32,000 nucleotides of DNA from Pseudomonas aeruginosa (GTDB lineage: Bacteria > Pseudomonadota > Gammaproteobacteria > Pseudomonadales > Pseudomonadaceae). The notes under the pieces are model-generated. The model saw only the letters and a program-made list of their open reading frames with translations, made no database searches and had not been told where the DNA came from. Below, piece after piece: positions 10,247 to 19,099 of this stretch; the stretch's first letter is position 1, and each line of letters opens with the position of its first letter. The DNA lies in contig NZ_LN831024.1 of NCBI RefSeq assembly GCF_001457615.1, positions 3,900,001 to 3,932,000 of the forward strand, written 5' to 3'. The position numbers were made by a program, and so were the translations under genes.

Positions 10247-10346
10247 GCCAGCCCGCACGGCGAAACATCCGCACGCACATCAGCTCCAGGACCTCGCCGC
10301 TGCGCGCTAAGCTGCGCAGCCTCCGACCTCGGCAAAGGAGCGCCCG

Positions 10347-10901
10347 ATGAACTTCGTCTTTCCCCACCCGTTGGACACCCCGCGCCTGCGGCTACGCACT
10401 TTCCGAGAGGAAGACGCCGCGCCGCTGTTCGCCATGATGTCCGACCCGGAAGTCATGCGTTACTGGAACACACCGCCGTGGACGACCCCTGCGCAGGCCC
10501 GCGAGGCGATCCTGCGGGACAGCCAGGCGCTCGTCGACGGCGAATACCTGAACCTGGCCATCGAGCGTCGAGAAGACGGCCAATTGCTCGGCAGTTGTAT
10601 CCTCTTCCATTTCGAGAAAGGCTCGCGCCGCGCCGAACTCGGCTACTGCCTGGCACGTGCAGCCCAGGGCCGGGGTTACATGGGCGAGGCGCTGCGCAGG
10701 CTGCTGGCGTTCGCTTTCGATGAAATCGACCTGAACCGCCTGGAGGCGGAGATCGATCCGCGCAACCGGCCTTCGGCCGCCAGCCTGGAGCGCCTGGGCT
10801 TCCGCCAGGAGGGCCTGCTCGCACAACGCTGGATCGTTTCCGGAGAAGTCTCCGACTCGGCGCTCTACGGATTGCTCGCCGAGCACTGGCGCAACCGCTG
10901 A
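10347..10901 (+). CDS. GNAT-family (RimJ/RimL-type) N-acetyltransferase
   Basis: 184 aa; LDTPRLRLRTFREEDAAPLF, CLARAAQGRGYMGEALRRLLAFAFDEIDLNRLEAEIDPRNRPSAASLERLGFRQEG. Confidence 0.93.
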   Translation: MNFVFPHPLDTPRLRLRTFREEDAAPLFAMMSDPEVMRYWNTPPWTTPAQAREAILRDSQALVDGEYLNLAIERREDGQLLGSCILFHFEKGSRRAELGYCLARAAQGRGYMGEALRRLLAFAFDEIDLNRLEAEIDPRNRPSAASLERLGFRQEGLLAQRWIVSGEVSDSALYGLLAEHWRNR

Positions 10902-11008
10902 AGGAGGAACCACCGGCAGGGCCCGCCATCCGTCGCTTTCCACAGAACCTGTCGTTCGCGCAACGGTCTTTAGACGGCACACCACATGCCTGCGGAGGCA
11001 TCCCTCAA

Positions 11009-11350
11009 ATGAAAAAACATACCCTGTTCGCCGTAGCTGCTCTCGGCCTGCTGTTCGCGGGCAGCACCCTGCTGCCTGGCGAGCTTTCTCCTGTCGGCTC
11101 CGCCTATGCCAAGGGCGGAAATGGCGGCGGCAACGGTGGCGGTCATGGCGGCGGCAAGGGCGGCAGCCATGGCGGCAACCTCGGCGGCCACTCCAGCAAA
11201 GGCCATGGTTCAGCCACCTCCGGCATCGCCAGCTCCCGCGACAGCCGCGGGCTGTCGCAGGCCAGCGCGATCTCCGCCACCACCCCCGGCGATCACAACA
11301 GCAAGGGCTTGAGCAACGCCATCGGCTCTTCGACCAAGAACGACCGCTGA
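11009..11350 (+). CDS. small secreted Gly/His/Ser-rich low-complexity protein
   Basis: Signal peptide MKKHTLFAVAALGLLFAGSTLLPG..AYA followed by KGGNGGGNGGGHGGGKGGSHGGNLGGHSSKGHG; terminator immediately downstream. Confidence 0.75.
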   Translation: MKKHTLFAVAALGLLFAGSTLLPGELSPVGSAYAKGGNGGGNGGGHGGGKGGSHGGNLGGHSSKGHGSATSGIASSRDSRGLSQASAISATTPGDHNSKGLSNAIGSSTKNDR

Positions 11351-11364
11351 CCGCCAGTGGCGAC

Positions 11365-11400
11365 CACGAAAAAGCCGGCCTTCGCGCCGGCTTTTTCGTG
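11365..11400. terminator. bidirectional rho-independent terminator
   Basis: CACGAAAAAGCCGGC-CTTCGC-GCCGGCTTTTTCGTG, perfect 15-bp arms, A/T tracts on both flanks, between convergent genes ending at 11350 and 11416. Confidence 0.93.
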
Positions 11401-11415
11401 CCCCGCCCACACGGC

Positions 11416-12153
11416 TCAGGCGAAACCGCCGTTGACCCGCAGCACCTGGGAATTGACCCAGGCCCCGTCCGGCCCGGCAAGGAAGGATACCGCCGCGGCG
11501 ATCTCGTCCGGTTCGCCGAGACGCTCCAGCGGCGCCAGCCTGGCGATCTGGTCGATCTGTTCGGCGCTCTTGCCGTTGAAGAACAGCTCGGTGGCCACCG
11601 GGCCGGGCGCCACCGCGTTGACCCTGATGTCCTGGCCGCGCAACTCGTTGGCCAGCACGTGCACCAGCCCCTCGACCCCGGACTTGGACGCGATGTACGG
11701 ACCGTAGCTGGGCAGCGCCCGGGCGATCACGCTGGTGGACAGGGCGATGATCCGTCCGCCGCGCTCGACATGCCGGGCAGCCAGGCCAAGCACGATGAAG
11801 GCGCCGCGCAGGTTGGTGCGGATCACCCGGTCGAAGCCCTCCAGGTCGCCATCGGCGATCTTCAGGTAGGGCATCGTGCCGGCGCTGTTGACCACCACGT
11901 CGATGCGGCCGAAGGCGCCCCTGGTGGCTTCGAACAGCTTGTCCATGTCCTCCGCGCTGGCCACGTCGCCCTGCACGGCGATGGCCGCGCCGCCGGCGGC
12001 GACGATTTCGGCCACGACCTCGTCGGCCATGGCCTGGTTGCCGGCATAGTTGACCGCGACCGCGAAACCGTCGGCGGCCAACCGCCGGGCAATGGCGCGA
12101 CCGATGCCGCGGGAGGCGCCGGTGACGATGGCGGCTTGGGTGATGTCAGGCAT
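11416..12153 (-). CDS. short-chain dehydrogenase/reductase (FabG-like)
   Basis: 245 aa; TGASRGIGRAIARRLAADGF, catalytic YGPYIASKSGVEGL. Confidence 0.95.
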   Translation of the reverse strand: MPDITQAAIVTGASRGIGRAIARRLAADGFAVAVNYAGNQAMADEVVAEIVAAGGAAIAVQGDVASAEDMDKLFEATRGAFGRIDVVVNSAGTMPYLKIADGDLEGFDRVIRTNLRGAFIVLGLAARHVERGGRIIALSTSVIARALPSYGPYIASKSGVEGLVHVLANELRGQDIRVNAVAPGPVATELFFNGKSAEQIDQIARLAPLERLGEPDEIAAAVSFLAGPDGAWVNSQVLRVNGGFA

Positions 12154-12286
12154 GCTGGGACTCTCCTGGAATGAGCGTGGCGACAGCCACGCATCGACAG
12201 GGAAAGTCTAGAAGCCGGCTATTGGCGGATAAACAGCAGACAACCGTCATGACTATCCAGGATTTCCGGACAATACCGATACGCGG

Positions 12287-13024
12287 TCACGGCTTGCGCG
12301 CGATCCAGGCGTACTGCTGACGCTTCTCCTCGCCCAGGCGCTGGCGTCGGCGATGACTGGCGAACGCATCGCCGGAACAGTAGGTGCAGACGGCGCTGGC
12401 TTCGATCTGCGCCGGCCCGACGCCGGCGGCCTGGAACAACTGGCGACAGAAGGCTACCAGGTCCAGCCAGGCGCCCTGCTCCGCCTGCCTTGGCTCGGGC
12501 GGAGCGAACCGGGGTGGCCGCTCGGGGAGCGGACGACGCTGGCTCCAGGGCGGCACCGCGCCCTCCCAGAGGCGGCCGTGGCCGACCTGCAACGCCTCGA
12601 TGAACCCGGCACTCACCTCGTAGCAGCAGGCTTTGATCCCGGGACCGATGGCGACCCGGATGTCCGCGCTGGCGACGCCGCGCGCATTGAAGCGCGCCAC
12701 CGCCGCGCCGACGATACCGGCGACGAGCCCCTGCCAGCCGCCATGCAGGGCGGCCACCACCCGACCGTCGCGACTGCTCATGAGAATCGGCAGGCAGTCC
12801 GCGGTGACCACCGCGACCGCCAGCGGCCCTTCGCTGAAAACGCCGTCGGCGGCATGCCGTCCCGATTCCGACAACGAGCGCGCGTCGACGATCTCGGCGC
12901 CATGCACCTGCCGGCAATGGAATATCCGCTCGGAGAGTGCCTGGCCGGCTTGCTGGAAGCCATGCTCGATGCCTTCGATCGCCTTGAGGATATCGGCCTG
13001 GACGGTCATGCGCTGTCTCGCCAT
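12287..13024 (-). CDS. YfiH/PgeF-type polyphenol oxidase (laccase domain) family protein
   Basis: 245 aa; VTADCLPIL, ALHGGWQGL, AIGPGIKACCYEV, CTYCSG. Confidence 0.9.
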   Translation of the reverse strand: MARQRMTVQADILKAIEGIEHGFQQAGQALSERIFHCRQVHGAEIVDARSLSESGRHAADGVFSEGPLAVAVVTADCLPILMSSRDGRVVAALHGGWQGLVAGIVGAAVARFNARGVASADIRVAIGPGIKACCYEVSAGFIEALQVGHGRLWEGAVPPWSQRRPLPERPPRFAPPEPRQAEQGAWLDLVAFCRQLFQAAGVGPAQIEASAVCTYCSGDAFASHRRRQRLGEEKRQQYAWIARKP

Positions 13025-13068
13025 GGAAGGTTGGAAAACGACCTTACCTCATCTTCCCGGAAGCCGCC

Positions 13069-13485
13069 TCAGGCGATGCCGCGCAGGAGGTCGGGGCAGC
13101 CGCGATCACGCTTGATCAACGCGGCCAGGGCGACCTGGCCCAAAGGCCGGTCGGACACCGCGCCGATGCTCAGGCCATGGCCTCTGCTCCACTCGAACAA
13201 CAGGCGCTTCTCGCGGCAATCGAGTTCACCCACCAGCAGGAAGCGCCGGATGCTGTCGCTGCGTCCCAGCATCGCCAGCGTGCCCTTGCAGCCCTGGTCC
13301 AGGCGGAATCCGTCGTAGAGGCAATAGTCGTACGGGTAACCCTGGTCCAGGGAGCGCCGCAGCTCCCGTCGGTCCAGGCACAGGCTCAGGTGGAAGTAGC
13401 CGCAGCGGTTGAACAGCGCTCCGTACCTGAGCAGACGGCCGGGGTTGGCGCACAGCACCATGGCGCGCAGGGGTATTGCAGGCAT
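13069..13485 (-). CDS. hypothetical protein, possible degenerate receiver domain
   Basis: 138 aa single-domain ORF; YDYCLYDG / RRFLLVGE / GAVSDRPL spacing faintly resembles the beta3/beta4/beta5 elements of response regulators. Confidence 0.6.
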   Translation of the reverse strand: MPAIPLRAMVLCANPGRLLRYGALFNRCGYFHLSLCLDRRELRRSLDQGYPYDYCLYDGFRLDQGCKGTLAMLGRSDSIRRFLLVGELDCREKRLLFEWSRGHGLSIGAVSDRPLGQVALAALIKRDRGCPDLLRGIA

Positions 13486-13575
13486 CCTTGTGGCCTCCTG
13501 GAAACGTGCGGGTTGACCAGGACCGATTCTAGAAAGCGACAGCCGCGCAATTAATAGGACTTTTCCTCTAAATGC

Positions 13576-14559
13576 CTACCTGTGATCCGAAGCTTCCTCC
13601 TGGCCCAGGTTACGCAGGACACGCTCGGCCTGGCGCCTCAACGGCTCGCGCAACTCCAGCGGCTGCCTGACCTCGAAGTCGAACGGCAGGCCGCACAGGC
13701 GCCGGGCGAACCAGTCCAGGTCGTCGGTGCTGGCGCGCAACAGCGTACCGCCATCGACCTCGGCGAGCAGACCGAGGGGCTCGCCGAGCACCGCGACCAC
13801 CTGCTCCCTCGCCGCCCGCATCAGGATTTCCACCGGGTAGGCGCGCGGCATCCGGGCGAAGCTCTCCCGCAGGTGGCGGAGGGTATCGAAATCCGCCGGT
13901 CGCTCGAAGCGCTCCGCCAGCATGCGCGGCGCGTCCAGGCGATCGAGACGGAACGAGCGCAACGCCTGGCGCAGGTGGCAGAAACCGCTGACGTACCAGC
14001 AGCCGTTGCGATAGGCCAGGCCGTAGGGATCGAGTTGGCGGAGGGTTTCGGCGCCCTGCGGGTCGCGATAGCGGAACTCGACCCGCGCACGGACCTGGGC
14101 GGCTTCGGCGAGGGTCGCCAGCGCCGCCACACTGGTTCCCGCCCGGGCGCGGGCCAGGTCCAGGCTGGCGGTCTCGCGGAGCGCCACGAGGCGCCGCCGC
14201 AGCGCAACGGGCATCACCCTGCTCAGCTTGGCCTGCGCACTTTCCAGGGCCAGCTCGCTTTCGCCCAGGCCGAGACTGCGCACCGCCAGCAGGCCGAGGG
14301 ACACGGCCAGGGTTTCCTCCGCGCTGAACATCAGCGGCGGGAGCTTGAAACCGGCCACCAGGCGGTAACCGCCATGGCGTCCGCGCTCCGCCGAGATGGG
14401 TATGCCCAGCTCCTCGAGGGCGACGATATAGCGACGCAGCGTCCGTCCATCCACCTCCAGGCGCCTGGCCAGCTCGCTACCGCTGAGCTGGCCGTGGCTC
14501 TGCAGCAGTTCGAGCAGGGCGAGCACGCGCACCGTGGGCTTGGACATTTTTCGATCCAC
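13576..14559 (-). CDS. HTH + WYL domain transcriptional regulator (YafY-like)
   Basis: 327 aa; RVLALLELLQSHGQLSGSELARRLEVDGRTLRRYIVALEELGIPI HTH; C-terminal WYL-type region YGLAYRNGCWYVSGFCHLRQALRSFRLDRL. Confidence 0.93.
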   Translation of the reverse strand: MDRKMSKPTVRVLALLELLQSHGQLSGSELARRLEVDGRTLRRYIVALEELGIPISAERGRHGGYRLVAGFKLPPLMFSAEETLAVSLGLLAVRSLGLGESELALESAQAKLSRVMPVALRRRLVALRETASLDLARARAGTSVAALATLAEAAQVRARVEFRYRDPQGAETLRQLDPYGLAYRNGCWYVSGFCHLRQALRSFRLDRLDAPRMLAERFERPADFDTLRHLRESFARMPRAYPVEILMRAAREQVVAVLGEPLGLLAEVDGGTLLRASTDDLDWFARRLCGLPFDFEVRQPLELREPLRRQAERVLRNLGQEEASDHR

Positions 14560-14577
14560 CGGAAAAATCAGGACCGA

Positions 14578-14590
14578 ATATAGCCTATAT
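14578..14590. promoter_or_regulatory. candidate operator/promoter palindrome between divergent WYL regulator and GST genes
   Basis: ATATAG-C-CTATAT, AT-rich island in GC-rich DNA. Confidence 0.35.
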
Positions 14591-14655
14591 CCCCCCTACC
14601 CTGCGTTCAGCCCGGTTGCGATGCGCAACGTGCGTTACCTGAACGGAGATGGAAA

Positions 14656-15342
14656 ATGGAACCTGTACTGTTTTATGGCGTACCCCACGGCTGTTCCTTC
14701 GGCTCGATCGTGGCCCTCGAGTGGCTCGGCCGCCCCTATCGCCTGTGTCGGATCGAGATGCCGCTGGAGACCGGCGAGCGCACCTACGTGCGCCTGAACC
14801 CGGCTCGCCAGACGCCCACCCTGCTCCTGGAGGACGGCCGCGCGCTCAGCGAAAGCCTGGCCATTCTCCAGCACCTGGCGGCGCGCGACCTGTGCAGGAA
14901 GCTCGGTTATCCGCAGGGCAGCGCCGAGTTCGACGAACTGAACTTCGCCCTCGCCCTCCTGCATACCGAATGCCATTCGGCCTGGGGAGCCCTGTTCTAT
15001 CTGGAGGACGCCGACGCAACCACGACGGCAAGGGCGCTGACGCGCGCGGCGCGAGCCTATGGCCGGATCGACAAGCTGCTCGGCGACCGCAAGTGGCTGG
15101 CCGGCGAAGGGCCGAGCGTGGCCGACGCCTACCTCGCGGGTACCGCTCGCTGGGGACGGGAGCTGGGCTACTTCGACCTGCAACACGACTTTCCGCGCCT
15201 GCATCGACACCTGGAGAAGCTGGAGCAGGACCCGGCGGTGCGCTTCGCCCATGCCATCGAGGATCGCCTGCCGGCGCAGAGCTGCGGGGAGTTCAGGGGA
15301 GAGGTGACACTGGCAGAAGTGGCGAGCCGCCTGCTCGCCTGA
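14656..15342 (+). CDS. glutathione S-transferase family protein
   Basis: 228 aa; MEPVLFYGVPHGCSFGSIVALEWLGRPYRLCRIEM..., NPARQTPTLLLEDGRALSESLAILQHLA. Confidence 0.9.
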   Translation: MEPVLFYGVPHGCSFGSIVALEWLGRPYRLCRIEMPLETGERTYVRLNPARQTPTLLLEDGRALSESLAILQHLAARDLCRKLGYPQGSAEFDELNFALALLHTECHSAWGALFYLEDADATTTARALTRAARAYGRIDKLLGDRKWLAGEGPSVADAYLAGTARWGRELGYFDLQHDFPRLHRHLEKLEQDPAVRFAHAIEDRLPAQSCGEFRGEVTLAEVASRLLA

Positions 15343-15375
15343 AAAGCGCCAGCGCCAGCGCCGGGCCGGCGACCG

Positions 15376-15783
15376 TCACTTGCCCTTGGCTTCGTGCAGG
15401 CGCGCCACCAGCTCGGCCTCGGCCTGCGACAGACCGCAGGCCTGGGTCAGGTCTTCGGCGCTGGCGCCGAGCCCGACCAGGCGTGCGGCCTGGCTGAACG
15501 ACAGCGTGGTCGGATCGCGCTGCTCCAGGCGCGCGACCCGGTCGGGAAGCGGCGCGAGTTGCTTGCCGAGGTCCTGCAAGGCCTCGCCCATGCGCACGTT
15601 GACCTGCTGGTAGGACTCGATGCGCTTGCTCAGCTCCTTGAGCCGGCGCTCGCGCGCGGCGCCCTCCTCCGCCTGCTGCGCCAGCGCAGCTTGCAGGCGG
15701 CGCAATTCACGGCGCAGCCACAGGCACGCCGCCGCCAGGCCGAGGCAGGCGGCGAGCGCCAGTGCCAGCGCGACGACCTCCAT
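15376..15783 (-). CDS. DUF2802 family protein at end of chemotaxis operon
   Basis: 135 aa; N-terminal TM, coiled coil, C-terminal FSQAARLVGLGASAEDLTQACGLSQAEAELVARLH. Confidence 0.8.
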   Translation of the reverse strand: MEVVALALALAACLGLAAACLWLRRELRRLQAALAQQAEEGAARERRLKELSKRIESYQQVNVRMGEALQDLGKQLAPLPDRVARLEQRDPTTLSFSQAARLVGLGASAEDLTQACGLSQAEAELVARLHEAKGK

Positions 15784-15813
15784 CTCAGCAGGCCCTCGTG
15801 TCGGTAGAACGCA

Positions 15814-16293
15814 TCAGATGCTGCCCAGCTCCGACCATTCTTCCTCGGTCATCATCTTGTCCAGCTCGACCAGGATCAGCAGCTCGCCGTTCTTGTTGCA
15901 GACACCCTGGATGAACTTGGCCGACTCTTCGTTGCCGACGTTCGGCGCGGTCTCGATTTCCGACTGCTTCAGGTAGACCACCTCGGCGACGCTGTCGACC
16001 AGGATGCCGACCACCTGCTTGTCCGCCTCGATAATGACGATCCGCGTGTTGTCGCTGACCGGCGCAGGGTCCAGGCCGAAGCGCTGGCGGGTGTCGATCA
16101 CCGTGACCACGTTACCGCGCAGGTTGATGATGCCCAGCACGTAGCTCGGCGCGCCCGGCACCGGGGCGATCTCGGTGTAGCGCAGCACCTCCTGGACCTG
16201 CATCACATTGATGCCGTAGCTCTCGTTGTCCAGGCGGAAGGTGACCCACTGCAGGATCGGATCTTCGGCGCTTTGCGCGGTGGCTTTGCTCAT
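15814..16293 (-). CDS. cheW: chemotaxis coupling protein CheW
   Basis: 159 aa; LQWVTFRLDNESYGINVMQVQEVLRYTEIAPVPGAPSYVLGIINLRGNVVTVIDTRQRFGL. Confidence 0.96.
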   Translation of the reverse strand: MSKATAQSAEDPILQWVTFRLDNESYGINVMQVQEVLRYTEIAPVPGAPSYVLGIINLRGNVVTVIDTRQRFGLDPAPVSDNTRIVIIEADKQVVGILVDSVAEVVYLKQSEIETAPNVGNEESAKFIQGVCNKNGELLILVELDKMMTEEEWSELGSI

Positions 16294-16338
16294 TCCCCTA
16301 ACCTCTCGAAAACCGCCGCAAGTGGCGGAAGCTGTCTA

Positions 16339-17223
16339 TCAATGGTCGCCGTGCAGGCGCTTGACGGCGCCGCTGGCGATCAGTTCGGCGAGCGCCGCCA
16401 CATCCAGCAGCGCACACATGTGTTCGATGACCGTGCCGGCCAGCCAGGGCCGCTGGCTACGCTGGCCGCGCCATTTCACCTCGGCCGGGTCGAGGCGGAT
16501 CGAGCGGCTCACCTGGTGCACCGCCAGCCCCCACTCGTAGCCCTGGACCGAGATCACGTACTTGAGGCCGTCGCGATAGTCGTCGCGGTAGCGTTCGGGC
16601 ATCACCCAGCGTGCGGTGTCCAGCACCTTCAGGTTGCCCGCCTGCGACGGCAGGATGCCGAGGAACCAGTCGGGCTGGCCGAACAACGGGGTCAGTTCCT
16701 GGTTCTCCAGCGGATAGATCGAGCCGAGGCACACCAGCGGCACCGCCAGGGTCAGCCCGGCGACGTCGAACAGCAGGCACTCGAAGGGCTCCGCCGCCCA
16801 GGCCGGACGACCGTCGTCGAGCAGCGGCAGGTCGAGCAGCGCCGGCTCGCTGGCGCTCGCCGGGGCGCTCGGCACGCGCAGTTCGATGACCTCGTGGGGC
16901 CGTGGCTCGACCGGCAGCTCGCGCAACGTCGTCGGTTCGTCGAGCAGGGCCGCCGGCGGAACCAGGCGCGCATCGCGGACCTGCTCCTCGAGCACCGCGG
17001 CCTCGAACTCGTCGAACCCGTGGTCGACCGGCAGCGTTTCCAGCGCCGGGGCCGGTGTCGCCACTTCGGCGACCGCCAGCGCGACAGGCTTCAACGGCGC
17101 GGGCGCAGGCGCTGGCGGCGTCTCGACGGGAGGTTCCAGGTCCTCGAAAGTGGCCTCCTGGAGCAACGCATCCAGGTAGGACTGCAAGGCCAGTTGCGAA
17201 CGGGTGGCGGTGGCGGCGCTCAT
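16339..17223 (-). CDS. parP: CheW-domain protein with disordered N-terminus, ParP-like
   Basis: 294 aa; Pro/Glu-rich N-terminus and C-terminal CheW-like domain; directly downstream of the ParA-like gene. Confidence 0.75.
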   Translation of the reverse strand: MSAATATRSQLALQSYLDALLQEATFEDLEPPVETPPAPAPAPLKPVALAVAEVATPAPALETLPVDHGFDEFEAAVLEEQVRDARLVPPAALLDEPTTLRELPVEPRPHEVIELRVPSAPASASEPALLDLPLLDDGRPAWAAEPFECLLFDVAGLTLAVPLVCLGSIYPLENQELTPLFGQPDWFLGILPSQAGNLKVLDTARWVMPERYRDDYRDGLKYVISVQGYEWGLAVHQVSRSIRLDPAEVKWRGQRSQRPWLAGTVIEHMCALLDVAALAELIASGAVKRLHGDH

Positions 17224-17314
17224 GTGGGTATTCCGCGACAGGGGTCTACAACGGTTATCGGCCGCACTCCGGTGCGGCTTGAATGCGCCTGTCGGCGCGG
17301 CGACCGGCGCGCCA

Positions 17315-18103
17315 TCAGGCCACCCGGGTGGCCGGCTGCTGCGCCAGCAGATGCTTGAGCAAGGCGCGGTAGGCGATCACCCCGCGACTCTTGCCGTCGT
17401 GCTGCGACGGCGTGACCCCGGCCCGGCTGGCATCGCGCAGGCGGGTATCGATGGGAATGAACGCCTGCCACAGGTTGTCCGGGTAGTTCTCGTTGAGAAT
17501 CCGCAGCGTGCTCAGCGAAGCCTGGGTCCGCCGGTCGAACAGCGTAGGTACGATGGTATAGGGCAACGCCTGTTTGCGCGACCGGTTGATCATCGCCAGG
17601 GTGTTGACCATCCGCTCCAGCCCTTTCACCGCGAGGAACTCGGTCTGCACCGGGATCACCAGGTGCTGGCTGGCGGCCAGGGCGTTGACCATCAGCACGC
17701 CGAGCAGCGGCGGGCTGTCGATGATCGCATGGTCGAAATCCTGCCAGAGCTGCGCCAGGCTCTTCGAGACCACCAGGCCGAGACCGCTCTTGCCCGGCGA
17801 CTGGCGCTCCAGGGTGGCCAGCGCGGTACTCGACGGCAGCAGGGAAATGCGTTCGTTGCTGGTGCTGCGCAGCAGCGAGGCCGGCAGCCCCTCGGGGACG
17901 TTGCCCTGGTGCAGGAACAGGTCGAAGGCGCTGTGCTCGAGGGTGTCCGGGTCATAGCCGAAATAGCTGGTCATCGAGCCGTGGGGGTCCAGGTCGACCA
18001 CGACCACGCGCTTGCCGGCATCCGCCAGCAGGCCGGCCAGGGCGATGGACGAGGTGGTCTTGCCGACCCCTCCTTTCTGATTGGCGACTGCCCAGACTTT
18101 CAT
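17315..18103 (-). CDS. parC: ParA-family ATPase, ParC-like chemotaxis array positioning protein
   Basis: 262 aa; deviant Walker A KGGVGKTTSS; DHAIIDSPP; position between motD and a CheW-like gene. Confidence 0.85.
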   Translation of the reverse strand: MKVWAVANQKGGVGKTTSSIALAGLLADAGKRVVVVDLDPHGSMTSYFGYDPDTLEHSAFDLFLHQGNVPEGLPASLLRSTSNERISLLPSSTALATLERQSPGKSGLGLVVSKSLAQLWQDFDHAIIDSPPLLGVLMVNALAASQHLVIPVQTEFLAVKGLERMVNTLAMINRSRKQALPYTIVPTLFDRRTQASLSTLRILNENYPDNLWQAFIPIDTRLRDASRAGVTPSQHDGKSRGVIAYRALLKHLLAQQPATRVA

Positions 18104-18196
18104 TGCTCTACTCTTCCTGGCATGGGTCCACCCGGTTGGGGCCGCACTACTGGCCAGTTCGGCCCGGCGCCCGTACGCAAACCATGTTTCGCGCGC

Positions 18197-19087
18197 TCAT
18201 GGCGAAGGCGACGGGGAATTGACGGTTGCCGGCGCGGGCGCCGGCGTACCGCCAGTATCTGCAGCTTGCGTGCCAGCTGCCGAGCCTGCGTGGCGGAGCG
18301 CCGAATCCGGTTGCGCCTTGCCGCTGCCGACCCCGCTGACGCTGCGCCGCACCTCCAGGTTGCGCGAGATCACCAGCACCACCCGGCGATTCTTCGCCCG
18401 CCCCTCGGCGCTGGCATTGTCCGCCACCGGCTGAAATTCACCATAGCCCACCGCAGCCATCCGCGACGGCTCGACCCCATCGTTGCCGAGCAGGCGGACG
18501 ATGCTCGCCGCCCGCGCCGCCGACAGTTCCCAGTTGGTGGGATAGCGCGGGCTATGGATCGGCACGTCATCGGTGAAGCCCTCGACATGGATCGGGTTCT
18601 TGTAGGGCGCCAGGATCTTGGCGACCTTCTCGACGATATCGAAGGCGGCATCGTTGGGCAGCGCATCGCCGCTGGGAAACAGCAGGCTGGAATTGAGAGT
18701 GATCTCGATCCACAGCTCGTTGCCGCGCACGCTCAACTGGTCGGAGGCGATCAAGTCGCCGAAGGCATCGCGCACGCTGTCGGCGATCCGCTCCAGCGAG
18801 TCGGCGCTGGCCGCGTTGTCGCTGGGCTGCTCCTCGACGCTGGTGCGCTCCGGCTCGGTGGTGCGCGGCCGCTCGTCGCCGATAGGAATCGGCTTCAACG
18901 AGCGGTCGGGCTGGTTGAACACGCCGGTGAGGGTCTCCGAGAGTATCTTGTACTTGCCCTCGTTGATCGAGGAAATCGAATACATCACCACGAAGAAGGC
19001 GAACAACAGGGTGATGAAATCGGCATAGGAAACCAGCCAGCGTTCGTGGTTCTCGTGTTCCTCCTGGTGGCGACGGCGACGCTGCAT
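18197..19087 (-). CDS. motD: flagellar motor stator protein MotD (MotB-like, OmpA domain)
   Basis: 296 aa; RRRHQEEHENHERWLVSYADFITLLFAFFVVMYSISS; OmpA-type VEGFTDDVPI...NWELSAARAASIVRLL. Confidence 0.95.
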   Translation of the reverse strand: MQRRRRHQEEHENHERWLVSYADFITLLFAFFVVMYSISSINEGKYKILSETLTGVFNQPDRSLKPIPIGDERPRTTEPERTSVEEQPSDNAASADSLERIADSVRDAFGDLIASDQLSVRGNELWIEITLNSSLLFPSGDALPNDAAFDIVEKVAKILAPYKNPIHVEGFTDDVPIHSPRYPTNWELSAARAASIVRLLGNDGVEPSRMAAVGYGEFQPVADNASAEGRAKNRRVVLVISRNLEVRRSVSGVGSGKAQPDSALRHAGSAAGTQAADTGGTPAPAPATVNSPSPSP

Positions 19088-19099
19088 GCTCGGCTCCGG

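Noticed and set aside
10298-10320. Bulged GC hairpin before the GNAT gene
   Set aside because: Stem has a bulge and no T tract; too weak to call a terminator.
12353-13318. 321-aa plus-strand ORF and 12219..12917 minus ORF
   Set aside because: Shadow frames of the YfiH-like gene, without recognisable motifs.
15343-15375. Possible terminator between convergent GST and DUF2802 genes
   Set aside because: AGCGCCAGCGCCAGCGCCGGG is repetitive but forms no clear stem with a T tract.
14649-15497. 282-aa plus-strand ORF overlapping the GST frame
   Set aside because: Offset frame; the 14656..15342 frame encodes a clear GST-like protein.
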